Origin: Catajapyx aquilonaris | Taxonomy: Eukaryota | DNA: 48,945 nt | Assembly (NCBI GenBank): GCA_000934665.2 | Contig: KZ538161.1 | Coordinates: 62,001 to 110,945 of the forward strand | Reading direction: 5' to 3' | Shown: one piece after another, positions 25,519-38,907 of the stretch | Numbering within the stretch: position 1 is the stretch's first letter | Layout of the letters: each line of letters opens with the position of its first letter | The notes under the pieces: generated by a model | Databases searched by the model: none | What the model was told of the DNA's origin: nothing | What the model saw: only the letters and a program-made list of their open reading frames with translations | Translations under genes and position numbers: made by a program

Positions 25519-28500
25519 AAAAACGGGTACTAAACGGGTATTTCCTTCAATGATTTCTTTAAAATAAAATTGGAGCTGCTGCATCAAAATCCGGTACAAC
25601 ATCGCGCATGTCCTACCTTTCCCAAGTTCTTGTCTTTGATCTGGAAGCGACAGGAGGAGGTCTCATCTTCTCCCTGCAGCTTCCCATTGGCTTAGCCCCC
25701 CTTCTGGAGGCCCAGGGGCTGTTCTTTTGCGGTCGATCATGTTTGCCTTGCTTGTGCTCCCCGCATCCAAGACTGTGAGAGGGTAGCAGAATATTGCGGC
25801 GCAAAAAATATATATAGTTGGGGAGATGCCGTTGGGTGCTAATTATAAGAGATATGTAGTACTGCAGATGTAAGAGTGTATTAATATGCTCCCGTGTTTT
25901 AAAGGTTCTCTCTCTCTTCTCTCTTTTTCCTCCTGCGATGTTTTCCAGTCTGCTGACTCCGGGTGCCACTTTGATGTCCCCGATGCGTGAGCAGCCGAGG
26001 CTTTCAAGTGGATTCCTCTGAGCGAAAAGGCGGTTCAGCCTGTTTGCCTCCCCCCCTCCCCCTTTCCATCTCCCCATTGCCTCTCCTCCATCCCTGCAGC
26101 ATCCCAGCTCCAGAAAAAGATGACGCCGAAGCTTCCTGACTGGCTCTCTCCTACTAACCGGGGCTCTGGGAGTTCTCCGCCCCGACAGCGAAATCCCTTT
26201 TACACGCTGGCTGCTTCACTGAACTCCGTTGAACGCCGAGCCGACATGGGCAAACAGGGTGGGGGAAAGCGGGGGGATGGGGAGGAAAAGGGAAGAGAGA
26301 GAGGGGGGGGGGACTGTTTCCTAATGAAACCTCCCTGAATTCGCTCCCAATTTGCCCCGAGTATTAATGATGCAATTTATTTTCACTGTACATTTCCCCG
26401 CCCCCTTCCACACGCAGGAGGCTGAGGGAGAAGAGGCTGCTGGTTGCTGAGAGAGAGAGGGGGGGATGCTGAGGGGGGGATGAAAAGGGGGAGGGGTTTG
26501 CCTCTCGTCTCATGCCTCCCGAAGCGCGTTGGGTCGGTCGTGAGATGACATCTTGGACGAGTGACTTACGGCTCTTCTGCCATGGGTGAACTGAGCCCGC
26601 GCCCCGATTGTCATGGTGGCGTAGTTTGATGCGGTTACATGCCTAGCTTGCTATGTCGTGAAAGAAAATGTTCGGTCTACTGGGCCACAAAATCAGATGC
26701 TATAAAAGGGAGGTGAAGTATATAGCTGGGGGAATACAAGCCAGGGCTATGCCGGGGTTTTCCCGGTCTCCCAGCCGTTCGACGCCATTCCTCTCGCCGA
26801 CGCCCGACGAGTCGGGGACTTTATTGTGTCCTTCCCTTACTTAGACGCTGGAGGTATACCAACGGATTGTGACTTTACCTTGGGGTTGGGAGGCCAGAGG
26901 GGAGGACATACCCGAAGATGTCCTGCCGGTTGAGTTGCGTGTGTGAGAATGTGTCGTGTGGGGCTTGAGCTTACGGGGTTAGCGGGGGGTTGGAGCTGGG
27001 GGGGTGGGGGTGGGCGGGGGTGGGGGGTGGGGGAGAAAAATACCTGCTTTATAAAGTGCCGTTTTCTGCCACAGATGGCGATGTACTCTCCGAGACTATG
27101 CAGATACAGTGATTGTTAAAACATTTTTTTTTAAAGCCCATTTTATCAAGAAATTGTTAGTGATTGTCGAGGGTTTAGTCACTTATGAACCGTTCGTACA
27201 CGAAGTCCGGTTGGAGTCCTTCGAACACCGAGACTGCAATCCTGTCGAAGTCCGTGAAGTCCGTCGTATATACTATACCAGTATACAGTATGAAGTGACT
27301 AACCCCTCGGTTATTGCGCTATAATTCGTATAAACATAGCGCGGAGACGGTGTTGTTGTTAACTTGCGGATTAGCAGTACAGTGCGTCACATGCGAGCTT
27401 AAATTCACCGTCAGCCCCAATTAATAAAACATAAGGGTGCTGGTCCATATAAGTGCAAACTATCTCGAAGCCAGGTAGGCATTTTATAGCCCCCCCGCTA
27501 AAATTTTGTGCTGCTTTTCCCACGGCCATCATCTCACCGAGCGTAAAACCAGTTTCGTGTTGATCTTCGCCGTACATAACGGCTGCTTACTCCCTGCGAA
27601 AAAATGTGTGCAATTTTTTTTTTGCAGCCTAATCTAAGTGCAGGTTTACCATACAGTGCATGTTGACGTTAAGAGCGAGGCCGAAGGAAAGGCAGTGCGT
27701 CCCATGTAATATTAAAGTCAGGCCTTGGGCTTAGGTGTAAAGCGGCGGTGAGCTAAGCTTCCTTAAGTCGAATTAGACTGCTTGCTGATCGGATGTGAAC
27801 CGGGGTTGTGCACACAGCTGGAGGCCAATCTTGCCAAGGATCCTGGCCGCTGGTTAAGCCCGGACTTAGCCCCGTCTGTTGCTGATGTTCCCACTGGAAT
27901 TTGCCCGCCTCCGACTGCACCAGAATTCAATGCGGCGCGTAACTAGAAAGGTGGAAAAAAAATAATAAGCGCAAATGACATGGTTACTGATATTATTAGC
28001 TGAAATGGAGACCGTCTGCTCTGTTCATATTACGCAAATTTTTCAGCCAAAATAACATCATGGGTCACCTCATAGCCGGTAGGTTAATTGAATATATGGC
28101 GATTTTAATCACATCTTGGAGGGATTGCTGTAACGAGCATACCACTTTTTTTAAAAACCCTCTTTCGCTAAGGTGGAAGCAGACGAGGCATGGTGTTTTC
28201 CCACGTGATTCCTCGCTCGTGGATAATTCGTTTATCTCAGTACAACCTTTCTAGTGAAGGCATGTAGTCTCTGCAAAGCATATGCATGAATTTCGGTGGG
28301 AAGTGGTTGGCCTGGCTTCTGCTTGCTTCCCAGTGCTGCCAACAATCACCACCCATCCCCAAATGCGCCGAATTCAATTACCAAGACCATTCCACGACGC
28401 GATTGCATTACATTGTTAGCCCACTCTAATTGGGTATAAGGGACTAATGGTCAGCTGACTACAGGAGGAGGTAGGAAAAGGAGAGAGACCCAAACCCCCC

Positions 28501-29097
28501 CCCCCCCACATTACACCCACTTCATTGCCGTTTTGCTACACCGGATAGCCTCTTGTTTACCTCACGGAAATTTCGCTCGCGGCCGACCATTTTGAAGCTG
28601 GAATTTCGCTGCTGGGATGGGCATGCTCTGTGCAAAAAGAGGGGGGGGGGGCTTTTGTTTTTTTTTTTACTCGGGGAGTGATTTTTAACTCTGATGGACA
28701 TTTTGGGTGTTACAATTTGCATTGAATTTTTTTTTGTGCGATGGTATCAGTTTTTGTGTTTTGGTAATTGGCAACAAAAGTGTTGATATCATTCTTGCTA
28801 CGTGAAAAGAGAGCTGAATAAACATGGCAATTGAATATTATTGTAAACGTCAGTGGTACGTTTTTTAAAATTGTAATAGACATAATTACACGATTGAATT
28901 GTACATGCTGCGGCGATACTGCAGGTCGCAAACCGAGCATGATTGTATTTGGTTCTGCGCTTCTATATACTTGCAATGATGGTTACACGCAGTTGTTATC
29001 TTTATTGCAATATAGGCCTGTTCAAATAAATAAAAGTAATGGTAAAAATTTCGCTATATACATACCGGTATACAGGTATAGCTACAGTTTGCGATAT

Positions 29098-29510
29098 AGT
29101 TGACAAATTATACGACTATTATTTTATTTACATTAATTTTTACGACTTAACCCTGTAATGCCCCTTGGGTCATATCTGGCACACCATTTAGTGCAATTTG
29201 GCACTTACAGGAAATATAAAAATTGCAAAAGTTGCAAAAATTGCACTAAATGGTGTGCCAGATATGACCCAGTGGGCATTACTTAGATTAGTGGGCATTA
29301 CAGGGTTAATTATAGCCTAGACTATTTAGTTATCATGGAAAGAGTTGTTACATTGACATTTATGATTGAATGCATCGTGTATCACTATAAAGACTAGTTG
29401 ACAAATCTTTACGCCTATTTTTTATTTTATTAATTTTTACGGCTATTATATACTTGGTTGTCATTGAAAGATTCGTTACATTGACATTTCTGATTTAATG
29501 CTGGATGTAA
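29098..29510. repeat. Degenerate ~140-bp tandem duplication; first unit interrupted by a MITE
   Basis: GTTGACAAAT...TTAATTTTTACG at ~29099 and ~29397; GTTACATTGACATTT.TGATT.AATGC at ~29348 and ~29474. Confidence 0.75.
29151..29305. mobile_element. piggyBac-type MITE, 155 bp, copy 2
   Basis: TTAA at 29147-29150 and 29306-29309; same TIRs and interior as 5633-5787. Confidence 0.92.
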
Positions 29511-31256
29511 ATCTGCACGGTGTGACATGACAACGTGCAGCAAATCATTTAGTAGCTTACAATATTTACATTAGTTATTAGAAAATATTTTAAGATCATA
29601 CACAACTGAATTTTTAATATTTCGTTTTATCGGAAAGCAGAGGAAGAGAGCTGTGCTATATGCAACCAGTACTTGCTGACATAACATACAGCAATAATAA
29701 CGCTCCTGCTTTTGCAATTAGACTATTGTAGCAGCACGCACCGATAAGTTGCAAAATTCGCAATTCCTCGAAAAAAAGCAGCTTTGCAATAACACCGAGG
29801 CCTCATACCACCGAATAAAAATAGACCCTCGCAAAATGTTATGATAATTTCAAAACAACAAATTTCGACGCAATGTTATTTCGACTCTCCCCCATCATGT
29901 TCCCACACGCTCATTGTTCATGCTGAGTGAGTTGCTTGTTTTGCGAGGAACAAGACATCTGGGAATATGGGCCGAAGAATGGGCAAATATGCGATAAGGT
30001 TATTCGGGTGCGGGACAAACCGCGTATGGTCCCGGCGTGAATGGGTGTGATGAAGGACCTCCTCTAGTTATATACGCCCCCCTTTCCCCTCCTCTCTCTA
30101 TACAGTTGGGACTTGTTTGTCCTCCAGGCCCAATGCAAGTTAACAGATGGCTGTTCAGAGGGGGTCATGTTGAAGGGAAGCTGTGACTCTCATTGCAAGC
30201 CAATTATGACCGATCAATCCATGACCGGCTAAGGGACATTCATAAGGGGGTGATAATTAGACACCCACACCCACCTCTGACATCATGAGGGCAGGACCCC
30301 TCCAGCAGCAATGGTTTTTCTCATGTAAATGATACTGCTATTTTTGTGACTGATGGAGCACCGGAAGAGAGGGGCCGACAATGGACGGATGATTTATTGT
30401 TGAGAACTGCATGGGGAACGTGTTAAGATGTTTTACGCTGTCATCCAGGCCTCTGACGTGGGGGGGTCTAATTAATGGCCGATTGTAATGGCTTTATTCA
30501 TTTTTGTTTGCACCGACTCCTGCTGATGTTGACGCTTGTTGTCTATATTGGAAGTCGTGACACTTCCGGGGAGCAAAAATCACAAATTTTATTATGCATG
30601 GACCCCATCACCCCCTTTCTATTTGAACTGCACTCTCAGCATGCTGGGGAGGTAATAAAACAAAGTTGTAGTGGAAATATTTCCGGGGGTACGCTCATGC
30701 GTGGTGTAGTCAATGGCACTGTAATTGTTCGGGCATTGTTAATTGGTACTCTATTTAGTGCACGGTTCCTCGCAAAGTTATAATCAGTATCAATCCCCTG
30801 CCAGTATTAATTACAGTGTCTCGTTCGCAACACTAAGCGCACTTTGTGTTCGACGTTTCAAATTATTTAATGGGGAAAATAACTAGATTTTGTCACCCTA
30901 AACTATACGGGAATAAGTTGACTATATTGAAATTGTGCATGTTGAGCCGTTTGTAACAGCAAGCAGGCGTCATATCGTTTGAAATGCGGTTGCTCATAAT
31001 GTAGCCTACAAGTCTAGGAATTTTCACGATGATTAGCAAAAGTTTTTCCAGTGTTATTATCAGGATTGATCTTAAGTTTTTGAATAACAATATGTGGCCA
31101 CTGTTGCAAATATTTCCCTCGTAACGGCAGTGAGGTACACAATTGTCTTGTACTGTACATCTTCCTGTGCAAAGTATTACTCAATGTTGTTGACATTTAT
31201 TGTAGAATATTTATTGATAAGATTTTGGTTGTTTTAATATTGTCCCTTGCTCCTTG

Positions 31257-31304
31257 GTATAGGTTACAAAAATTCATATTTATATGAATTTTTGTAACCT
31301 ATAC
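31257..31304. repeat. Perfect inverted repeat, 23-bp arms, 2-nt spacer
   Basis: GTATAGGTTACAAAAATTCATAT-TT-ATATGAATTTTTGTAACCTATAC. Confidence 0.95.
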
Positions 31305-32567
31305 TTTAAATAAGGGAGGACCCCGCAAATTATTTAAAGTAAATAAATATAGGACGTGTAATATTAGTATTTTCGCAGTGAAAAGTGACATGTCACTCCT
31401 GCATTACACAGATTATTGCGTGAACAAAAAAAACTGAAGTTTTTTAATTGAACAATTTGAAATAATATAGATAAACTGTTCAGGCTAAATGCCAGGTTTC
31501 TTAAACTTCAAATAACGATCCAGAATTTACAAGCCGTTTATGATGTGACCTGTATTTTTCAAATATTTACGAGTAAATGAAACGAGACATCATCTACAAT
31601 CTGGCAACAATTGAATCGGCAATAAAAATCAGCGATGACCTCCCCTTTTCCTTGGTCCCCTCTTGTAATGTAGTGTCGCACCCCCTTTTCGCTTGCATGC
31701 ATTGCAATGATACACTCAGTTTGCTTGTCCAGCAGCCCCTCGTCCTCTCACAGTGTTGACACGAGTCTGGAGTGTCCGGCTGGAAGGGGAGGTGCTGCTG
31801 GAGACAGACTGACACGCACCCTCTTCCCTTCCCACCCCCCAAAAACCCTCCCTAAATTAGGCTACACGATACAATATATACAGTCATATTCAGCTTGTCC
31901 AGACCCCCTCATCTGCTCTTATTAAGCCACTTAGTAGAGGAATATCCTGGAAAAGTGCTTCTCCCCCTCTCTGCTGATGCCCCCCCTTTCCTAAACTCCC
32001 TCCTGGCAGTCACTCACAAGCTAATCTAGTTAGCAGGTTTTTCGCACTAATGGGGTTATATGCGACGGGCCAGGAAAAGTACGGGCGCGTTGCTTGCTCT
32101 GGATGCTGCTGTATATGTGGGGGATGGGATGGGGATTGGAGAGAGGGATTCGGTGGCGGGTAGGCGGGACTCCGGTGGCCCGACTGCCCCGCCTGAAAAC
32201 CCCGATCTGCGGCCATGCTCCAGTTCCAATTATATTGCGAACCGACATAATTGTATGGTCATTTTTTTAAAAACTTCGGTACACATGCTGTGTGTTTAGA
32301 GTTGTACATGATCCAGGCTGAAGTGTGTTTAGATTAATCAGCAGCACTTATAACGACTTTTCAGAGACATTTAAAAATCTGTTGAGGCAGTTATTTTATG
32401 TGATGGGGATGTCTTATCGTCGACTTGTTTTACGCTGATGAACAAGAGAAGGAAGTGTTGACGAAAATTCCTTTTTTGATAGATAACATGAAAAGGCTGC
32501 CTTGTCGATTAATATTTTTCTCCCACGTGTTTCACTGAATGTCGTAGAAAATTACAAATTTTTATAG

Positions 32568-32751
32568 CAGGGTTTCTCATCCTTTTTTAAAAAATTCTTG
32601 CGGGTAACTGTTGAAATCATATTCATGTCTCAGGGAATATCTACATAACAATTAATGACTCGCAAATGAATTTACAAAAACTGTATTTATCGCACTATTT
32701 CTCGCGGAACCTCCTGGCAATTGCTCGTGGAACTCCGGTTGAGAAACCCTG
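32568..32751. mobile_element. hAT (Charlie-like) MITE, 184 bp
   Basis: TIRs CAGGGTTTCTCATCC / GGTTGAGAAACCCTG; 8-bp flanks TTTTATAG / TATTAGAG match at 6 of 8 positions. Confidence 0.75.
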
Positions 32752-33118
32752 TATTAGAGAGGTAAAAATGATTTATTTTTTTGTAATTTTGAATTTTTTT
32801 TAAAAAAAGAGGTATAGACATAATTATGTGCGCAAGATAATATTAGCTAAAAATATTTCACCCTGGATTGACAATGCAAACTGATGCGAAAGACAATATT
32901 TTGCGAGAGCCTATATACTTCATATAATATACGCACTAAATACTTTTAATTTGTAGTTTAAATTTCATTACAATGTTACTTCGTCCGCATGGTAAACAAT
33001 TTGCATGAATCTATCTCGACGCACTTCTCTATAGTATAGCCTATAATCTAGAGATATTCTAGAGCAAGTCGTAAACCTTTCCGTAACGTTTGGTCTGATT
33101 GACCATTCACAAGGACAA

Positions 33119-33335
33119 TTGGACGGTGTTATGGAATAATGAGTCAACCCACATGAGAACAGCACCTGTGAAATTAATTCTGTGTCCTTTTCGGTCAGTT
33201 ATGGCAGAAGTATATGCAGATTTCGCTAGATTGATTTTAACTTAATGAAGTACTATCTTTTCGGTATATGTTCCTGGGCTTAACTAAATTTTGACATGCT
33301 TGTGGGTTGACGCATTATTGCATAACATTGTCCAA
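33119..33335. mobile_element. MITE with ~40-bp imperfect TIRs (possibly mariner-like)
   Basis: TTGGACGGTGTTATGGAATAATGAGTCAACCCACA pairs with TGTGGGTTGACGCATTATTGCATAACATTGTCCAA; TA follows the right end only. Confidence 0.65.
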
Positions 33336-34976
33336 TATTATAGTTAACAAATATTCGCATCATATTTCAGTAAACTACAAGTGTTTCGCATATGTAGGTG
33401 AGTCAGAATCCTATAGGAAGCTAAATTGAGTACGCAGAAGCTTGAAAAAAAAGAAGGTAGCTGAGTGTGTGACCAATGAAGGGAAAAGGCGGGTGTTGAC
33501 CCTCACCCAGTTGATTGTGGACCGGTGGGGGGGCCTCCGTCTGATGATGAAGGGGGGGTCTCGGTTCAAAATTCAGGTCGGCGAGAGGAAAGGAGGAGGA
33601 TGTCCGATGAAAGTTGCATGAACGGATAGGGGGAGAGGAGGAAGGGGAGAGGTAGGCCCCCCCTCCCTCAATCTGGACGCCTGCCCCCTGTTGTCTCTAG
33701 GGGGCTACCCTGCCCTGTCTCATCATGCCAACACTCACCACTAATTCATGAATAACTTTAAAACATTTTTCTCCAGAGAGATGTGCGGCTTGTATCAATT
33801 ACTGTTAACAACAAAAGGATTGGTCCACACAACCAATTAGTCATAACGACTAAACATATGTCATTTGGATCTACACCATTTGGACACCTCCAACATTTTA
33901 CGACTCGGCTGCACTGTTCCTCGATTTGTAATGTGCAGTAATGGCGGAGATGCGAAATTCTCTTTTTTTCGTAACCTCCTCTCTCTCTCTCTCCAGCAGC
34001 TTGGCAATTTGAAGTTCGTCCCACTCCCGATCATTTCCTCCCAGTTCGCTGCTCCGATTGACGAGTTGGAGCCCACTGGAAAAAAAAGAGTTATGATGTC
34101 GAGAGCGCAATTGAATCGCATCACAAGCGTCGCTGCCTCTTATGGCCTAATTTCTACGGAACTCTCCTCTTCCCATCCAGTGGGCGACACATCGTATTGT
34201 CAACCTACCAGAATTATCCTTTAAAAAAACAGTACCATGAAGATTTTTTAAAAAGGCTGCAATCACTTGCGACAAACTCTCATTGCATTTTTTTTCCTCA
34301 GTAAAATATTGCTTGGATTGGTTTGCTGGATACGGGTCCCTTCAACCGAGCCCTTAAAAGGTGCGCATTCCTCCAGAGTAAATCCTTCAAAGGCCACCCG
34401 CCATTGCAGCAAACCTTCTTTTTTTTCCCCCTCCCCACTATGTTGTCGTCCTCATCCTCTTCCATTCTCTTCATCATCTCCTGGCGGCGCCGACGGAAAA
34501 GGAAATAACGAGCCCCCCAGATCCTCCACGCGACTATTATGCCAGGTTTTCCATGGAAGGTGAAAAGAGAGCTGGAGGGTTGGGAATAAGAAGAAGAAGA
34601 AGAAGAGGACTTTATGATTTTCCTCTCTTTTTGTTCTCTTTTCGAATCGTGGAGAGGGTAGGACCTTCCGAAAATTGGTTTCTTTTATAGGACGGTGCCA
34701 TGGTTGGGGATCAGTCACGTCGTTTCATGCAAGCAGACCCCTACTTCTTCTCTTCTGTCGTGTCTCGGTTCACTTGCTACATTGCTTAGGGTGAGGGCAG
34801 GTGGTGCCAATTTTACAGGGGAGAATTCCGCTGTTTTGGCGGCCCGGATCGATGCGGTTGCCCCGCCAAGGTTTGCGGGAAATTCCCGTCACATTTGGTG
34901 AGGCACAGTGCCCGTGATAAATCCGTAACAATTTGAATATTTGTTTAGCAAATTATGGCGGATTCATCTAAACGTA

Positions 34977-35328
34977 CAGTTATGGATATTAATGGTGTCG
35001 TACTGGTGGCGCCATCAGCCGTTGGCGTCAAAAGAGGCAATCGAAATATGCCTCCGGATGGCATATTACCAAACCCCAAGAGGTCCCCGCAACCGGCCCT
35101 ATAACCTGCCTTCCTTGCGGATACAGCCCTATCTTCAGCGGATACAGCCACATCGTCAGCGGATACATCCTTATCTTCAGCGGATACAGCCCCTATCTTC
35201 AGCTGATACACAAACCTATGAGCTGGTTGCGGGGACCACTTGGGGTTTGCCCATATGCCTCCGGATGACCGCCTTCACTTACGACCAAGTGAAGGTGCAT
35301 GGTATTCGGAAGGCAAAATTTCGATATG
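34977..35328. mobile_element. Tc1/mariner-type MITE family, copy A (right end missing; carries an insert)
   Basis: TA + CAGTTATGGATATTAATGGTGTCGTACTGGTGGCGCC; internal hairpin GCCTCCGGATGACCGCCTTCACTT...AAGTGAAGG; homologous to 38908-39270 and 43258-43744. Confidence 0.75.
35061..35258. mobile_element. Mutator-like MITE, 198 bp, containing the 21-bp minisatellite
   Basis: TIRs GCATATTACCAAACCCCAAGAGGTCCCCGCAACC / GGTTGCGGGGACCACTTGGGGTTTGCCCATATGC; 9-bp duplication CTCCGGATG at 35052-35060 and 35259-35267 (7 bp if the ends are read as GG...CC). Confidence 0.75.
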
Positions 35329-35815
35329 TTAATTTTCAAATGATCCCATTATTAGTTATATAATTAAAATATGCCGGACTTCAATTAGTTAACAATGAAA
35401 TGATCGGATCTTCCAGAAAAATGCGATGCAACAATACAATAGGTGCACTTTTTTTTTATAAACCCTCATGATCTCCCCTCACTATTTGATTCCTCTTCCA
35501 TTCCCCCCTCCTCCTCCTCCTCTCCCCATCCTCCCCCCCCCCCCTTCTATTCTGCTGGCGTTGTGGTGCGCCGAGGGTAGCCCCTGTGCGGACTTGCGCT
35601 AATTTCTAATTTCATGCCAGAGTGCAACTCCACAACGCTGCCTGTCACGGCCACATGACGCTCGCCGTCTTCTGCAACGGGTTATACTACGCCCGATACG
35701 CGCTCTCCAAAGAGACTCTGGGGGGTGCTGGGCTAAGGGGGGGTACCATATATAGAGGTGTACAGCAGGGGGGCCAGAAAAAGAGGGGGGGGGGGCTTAA
35801 TACGGTGTGCACAGG

Positions 35816-35857
35816 GAGAGAGAGAGAGAGAGAGAGAGTGAGGGAAAGAGAGAGAGA
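35816..35857. repeat. (GA)n microsatellite
   Basis: Interrupted GA dinucleotide run. Confidence 0.85.
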
Positions 35858-38269
35858 AGGTATAATGTACAGCTGCCTGCTGGGTGAAGTGGTGGTCACA
35901 CCGAGGCCGAGGACTTTTTGCTGGATGATCGTGCGTTAAACGTGGCAGTTTAAAAAGTGCTTAATAACATTGACGACAATACATTTTGTTGAGTGACTGT
36001 TAAGGATGTTTTTCGGCAGGTTTAAACGACGATTTTAAAAAAAGTCTCATAGAGAGCATTTTGCAATGTTAGGTGGTTGATAAAATAGTTAAATCACTGA
36101 ATAAAATTATTAACAGCATGTAATAATGTATATGAAAAATGTAATTATTACAGTTGTAAGTGGCGTTCATGTGGTTTTATCACGCCTGGTACGCAACATA
36201 ATGTGAACAGAAATTTACAAAAAATGGATTTTTTTTCGCGGCCCTTGGACGTCATATGTAACTTACTGATGGAATAAAAACGGAGAATAAATTGTATGCT
36301 ACATTCTTGCTTTTATAATATTGCATTTGTCACATTACAGTTTTGGCAATAAACAGGAACCTCACGACATACAGTATATCTACAGAGTTATTGTTTAGCT
36401 ACTAAAAGGTGCTAAATTTGTAGATTAAGTCCAACAGTTCACTGAGTTAAACGTGTGACAAAAGTGTGGTTGTGTTGAAAAACATTTTTATATGAACAAG
36501 ATGAACGATATATATCTTTTTCATATTAAAAACGAAACATTACGAACAACTCGTTCGTAATGTTCTGAAAAATAATTGCATTTTTCTACTATACCAATGG
36601 TGAAAAAATTATAGTTGTAACAAAATGAGTTGGATGAGTGAATATGTTGTTATGAAACATATTATTGACCTGAATTTTGCTCATAGGGAAAGAGTTAGAA
36701 CATAACTTATGCCTGAAATACTGAAATATAATGAGCTCTGTTACATATCATGGTAAGCCAACATTACATATTAAGTTAACCAGACAAGCAGTGTTGTAGC
36801 CTTCACACTGTTCACAGAAAACTATTTTTAACAAGCTGCCCTGTAATAATTATTATCATTGATGATCTCACTTGAAACTTATTGCCTATGTTTGCAATAT
36901 TCTTCACTTGCTTGATGATTGTTATACCGTACAATGTATTTCCAGGATGATTGGATTTTTTTTTTAAATCAGGTTGATGAGCTTTTTACTTATCTTCTGA
37001 AGCTTACACTGTTGTAATAAAATGCCAATATTTTTGCGTTTTTTTCTTTCAGGCCACCAACATGATTTCCTCTTATACGGCGATTATTATGTTTTTGAAT
37101 TTTGTCTGTGTTCCTCTGATGGTACACCTTCATTTAGGTTAATTAAAATTTATGTAACACGAGTAAGGTGTAAGGGAATTATACAATAATTAAGAAACGA
37201 AACATGTAGAGGAATTATTATAAAAGCGCCAACTAACATGGTGATGATCATAAATAAAATTATTAGACCTGCAAAAATTTTGGTGTGAACAGATACCTGG
37301 ACACGGCATGCGCTTCATATTGTTTTTCGTCCCGTGATAAATGTCAGCCGATTTGAAATTTAATCATCAGCATGAGGTCTTGATGGGCGCAAAATTATTT
37401 TGTGCGCCCTGCATTTTATATACTGTCAAATCCACTCCTGATATAAAAATAAAGCGTCAGAGATGATTGTGACAACATGACACTTCCACATGTGGTCGAT
37501 CGGGGGTTGGAAAAAAAGAGTTTAAAAAAACACTTCAGCTGATTAAAACACATGAACCAGTCACCGGATATGTTACATTAATCCAAAAATGACACCCCGA
37601 CCAAAATAGTCGAACTTTGTTGCAGTTGTGGTTGCTACGTAATCATGTGGTGAAACCGTGAACCAAAACTAATCATTAGTTGGTGTAGAGACTTTGGACC
37701 GTTTCGTTCCATTTTGTGGTATTACATTACAGCAGCTTTTTGGGGACCCATCAGTGTTAGAATATTCCATGTATAGAGAGATAGACGCTGCATGCTAGTT
37801 ATTCTGACTGAAAATTACAGCCATTGTGTGTACACAGCAGCTAAATTGATGATGGTAAAGAAGGCAAACATGTACGGTACAATGAGTTGTTGTTTTATTA
37901 TCGACACAATGACATCCACAGCTTCAGTTGTAGCTAATATCTCAATTTTTAATCGCCACAACTTGCTCTCGACTGAAAGCTTATTCCCCGTCTTATATCC
38001 CTCACTCTAAATACCAAAAAAAGCAATTTTGAAAGCAACTTTTTTTTTTGATGAAAGCGAAGGGGGCACGAGGTCCACTTCTCGCGCAGAGCCACATTCA
38101 ATATCTGCATAATGCGCAATGCAGAGGAAGAAATGGGGGGAAAAGGAAGGAAGAAACTGAAAAAAAAGAAAGGAAAAAAAAGCGAGAGAATTACGAAGTC
38201 GCATCCCAGGGAGCCATAATTCGCCTTGGTGGCGGTGGAAGGTTGGAGAATAGGAAAGGGGGGGGGGGG

Positions 38270-38313
38270 NNNNNNNNNNNNNNNNNNNNNNNNNNNNNNN
38301 NNNNNNNNNNNNN
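38270..38313. other. Assembly gap between poly-G and poly-C
   Basis: Run of N with a G homopolymer on the left and a C homopolymer on the right. Confidence 0.99.
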
Positions 38314-38907
38314 CCCCCCCCCCCTTCTGAACTATAGCCCCCCCCTCTCTATAACCCCCCCTTCTGGCTCCTCTTCTCGAACGCACCGAGGTGTAGTCTA
38401 ATGCGACGGGCCCCGCTGATTGTGCCAGCCCGGACTTTTCAGGATCACTGTCTCGGAATTAAGTGCTTGACAAAAGGGGCTCGGGGACGAGGGCTTTCCT
38501 TGTCAGCAGGCGAGGCCCAGGAAAAAGTGCCTCTCCTTCTTTCCCCCAGACCACCTTTTCTGGTGGGGTGGGATGAGGGGGGAGGGGGGAGGACTAGGGA
38601 AGAGAAGCTGCCCAATTCCTGGATCCTCCAGCATGCGAATTCGATGTCTCTTCAGGTCTCATAAGGACCTTTTCGGTTGCTAAAAACTGGGTCTGAATAC
38701 TGGAGGGTCAGGCTGGACCAATGGTAAATAAACATTGAGTTGAGAACAAGCTGTGTGTACCGATTCATTGGAGATGTTATTTTTGTTATCAACAAATAGG
38801 GTATACAAGTCAGTACTGTAGATGGTATTTGACGTCCAAATCGGTACACCGTGATGTACTATTTTCAAGTCAGTACATCTGAACGATGGGCTGTCTACAA
38901 GTCAGTA

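Noticed and set aside
26700..26845. TATAAAAG followed by a 31-codon ORF
   Set aside because: A short motif and tiny ORF are expected by chance; there is no other support.
33865..34224. 119-aa ORF containing a pyrimidine tract plus CAG (possible exon)
   Set aside because: No recognisable homology or clear splice donor; RNA-seq or BLASTX would be needed.
36815..36862. IFNKLP peptide reminiscent of CR1/L2 LINE C-termini
   Set aside because: Only six residues in a frame that stops soon after; insufficient without a translated search.
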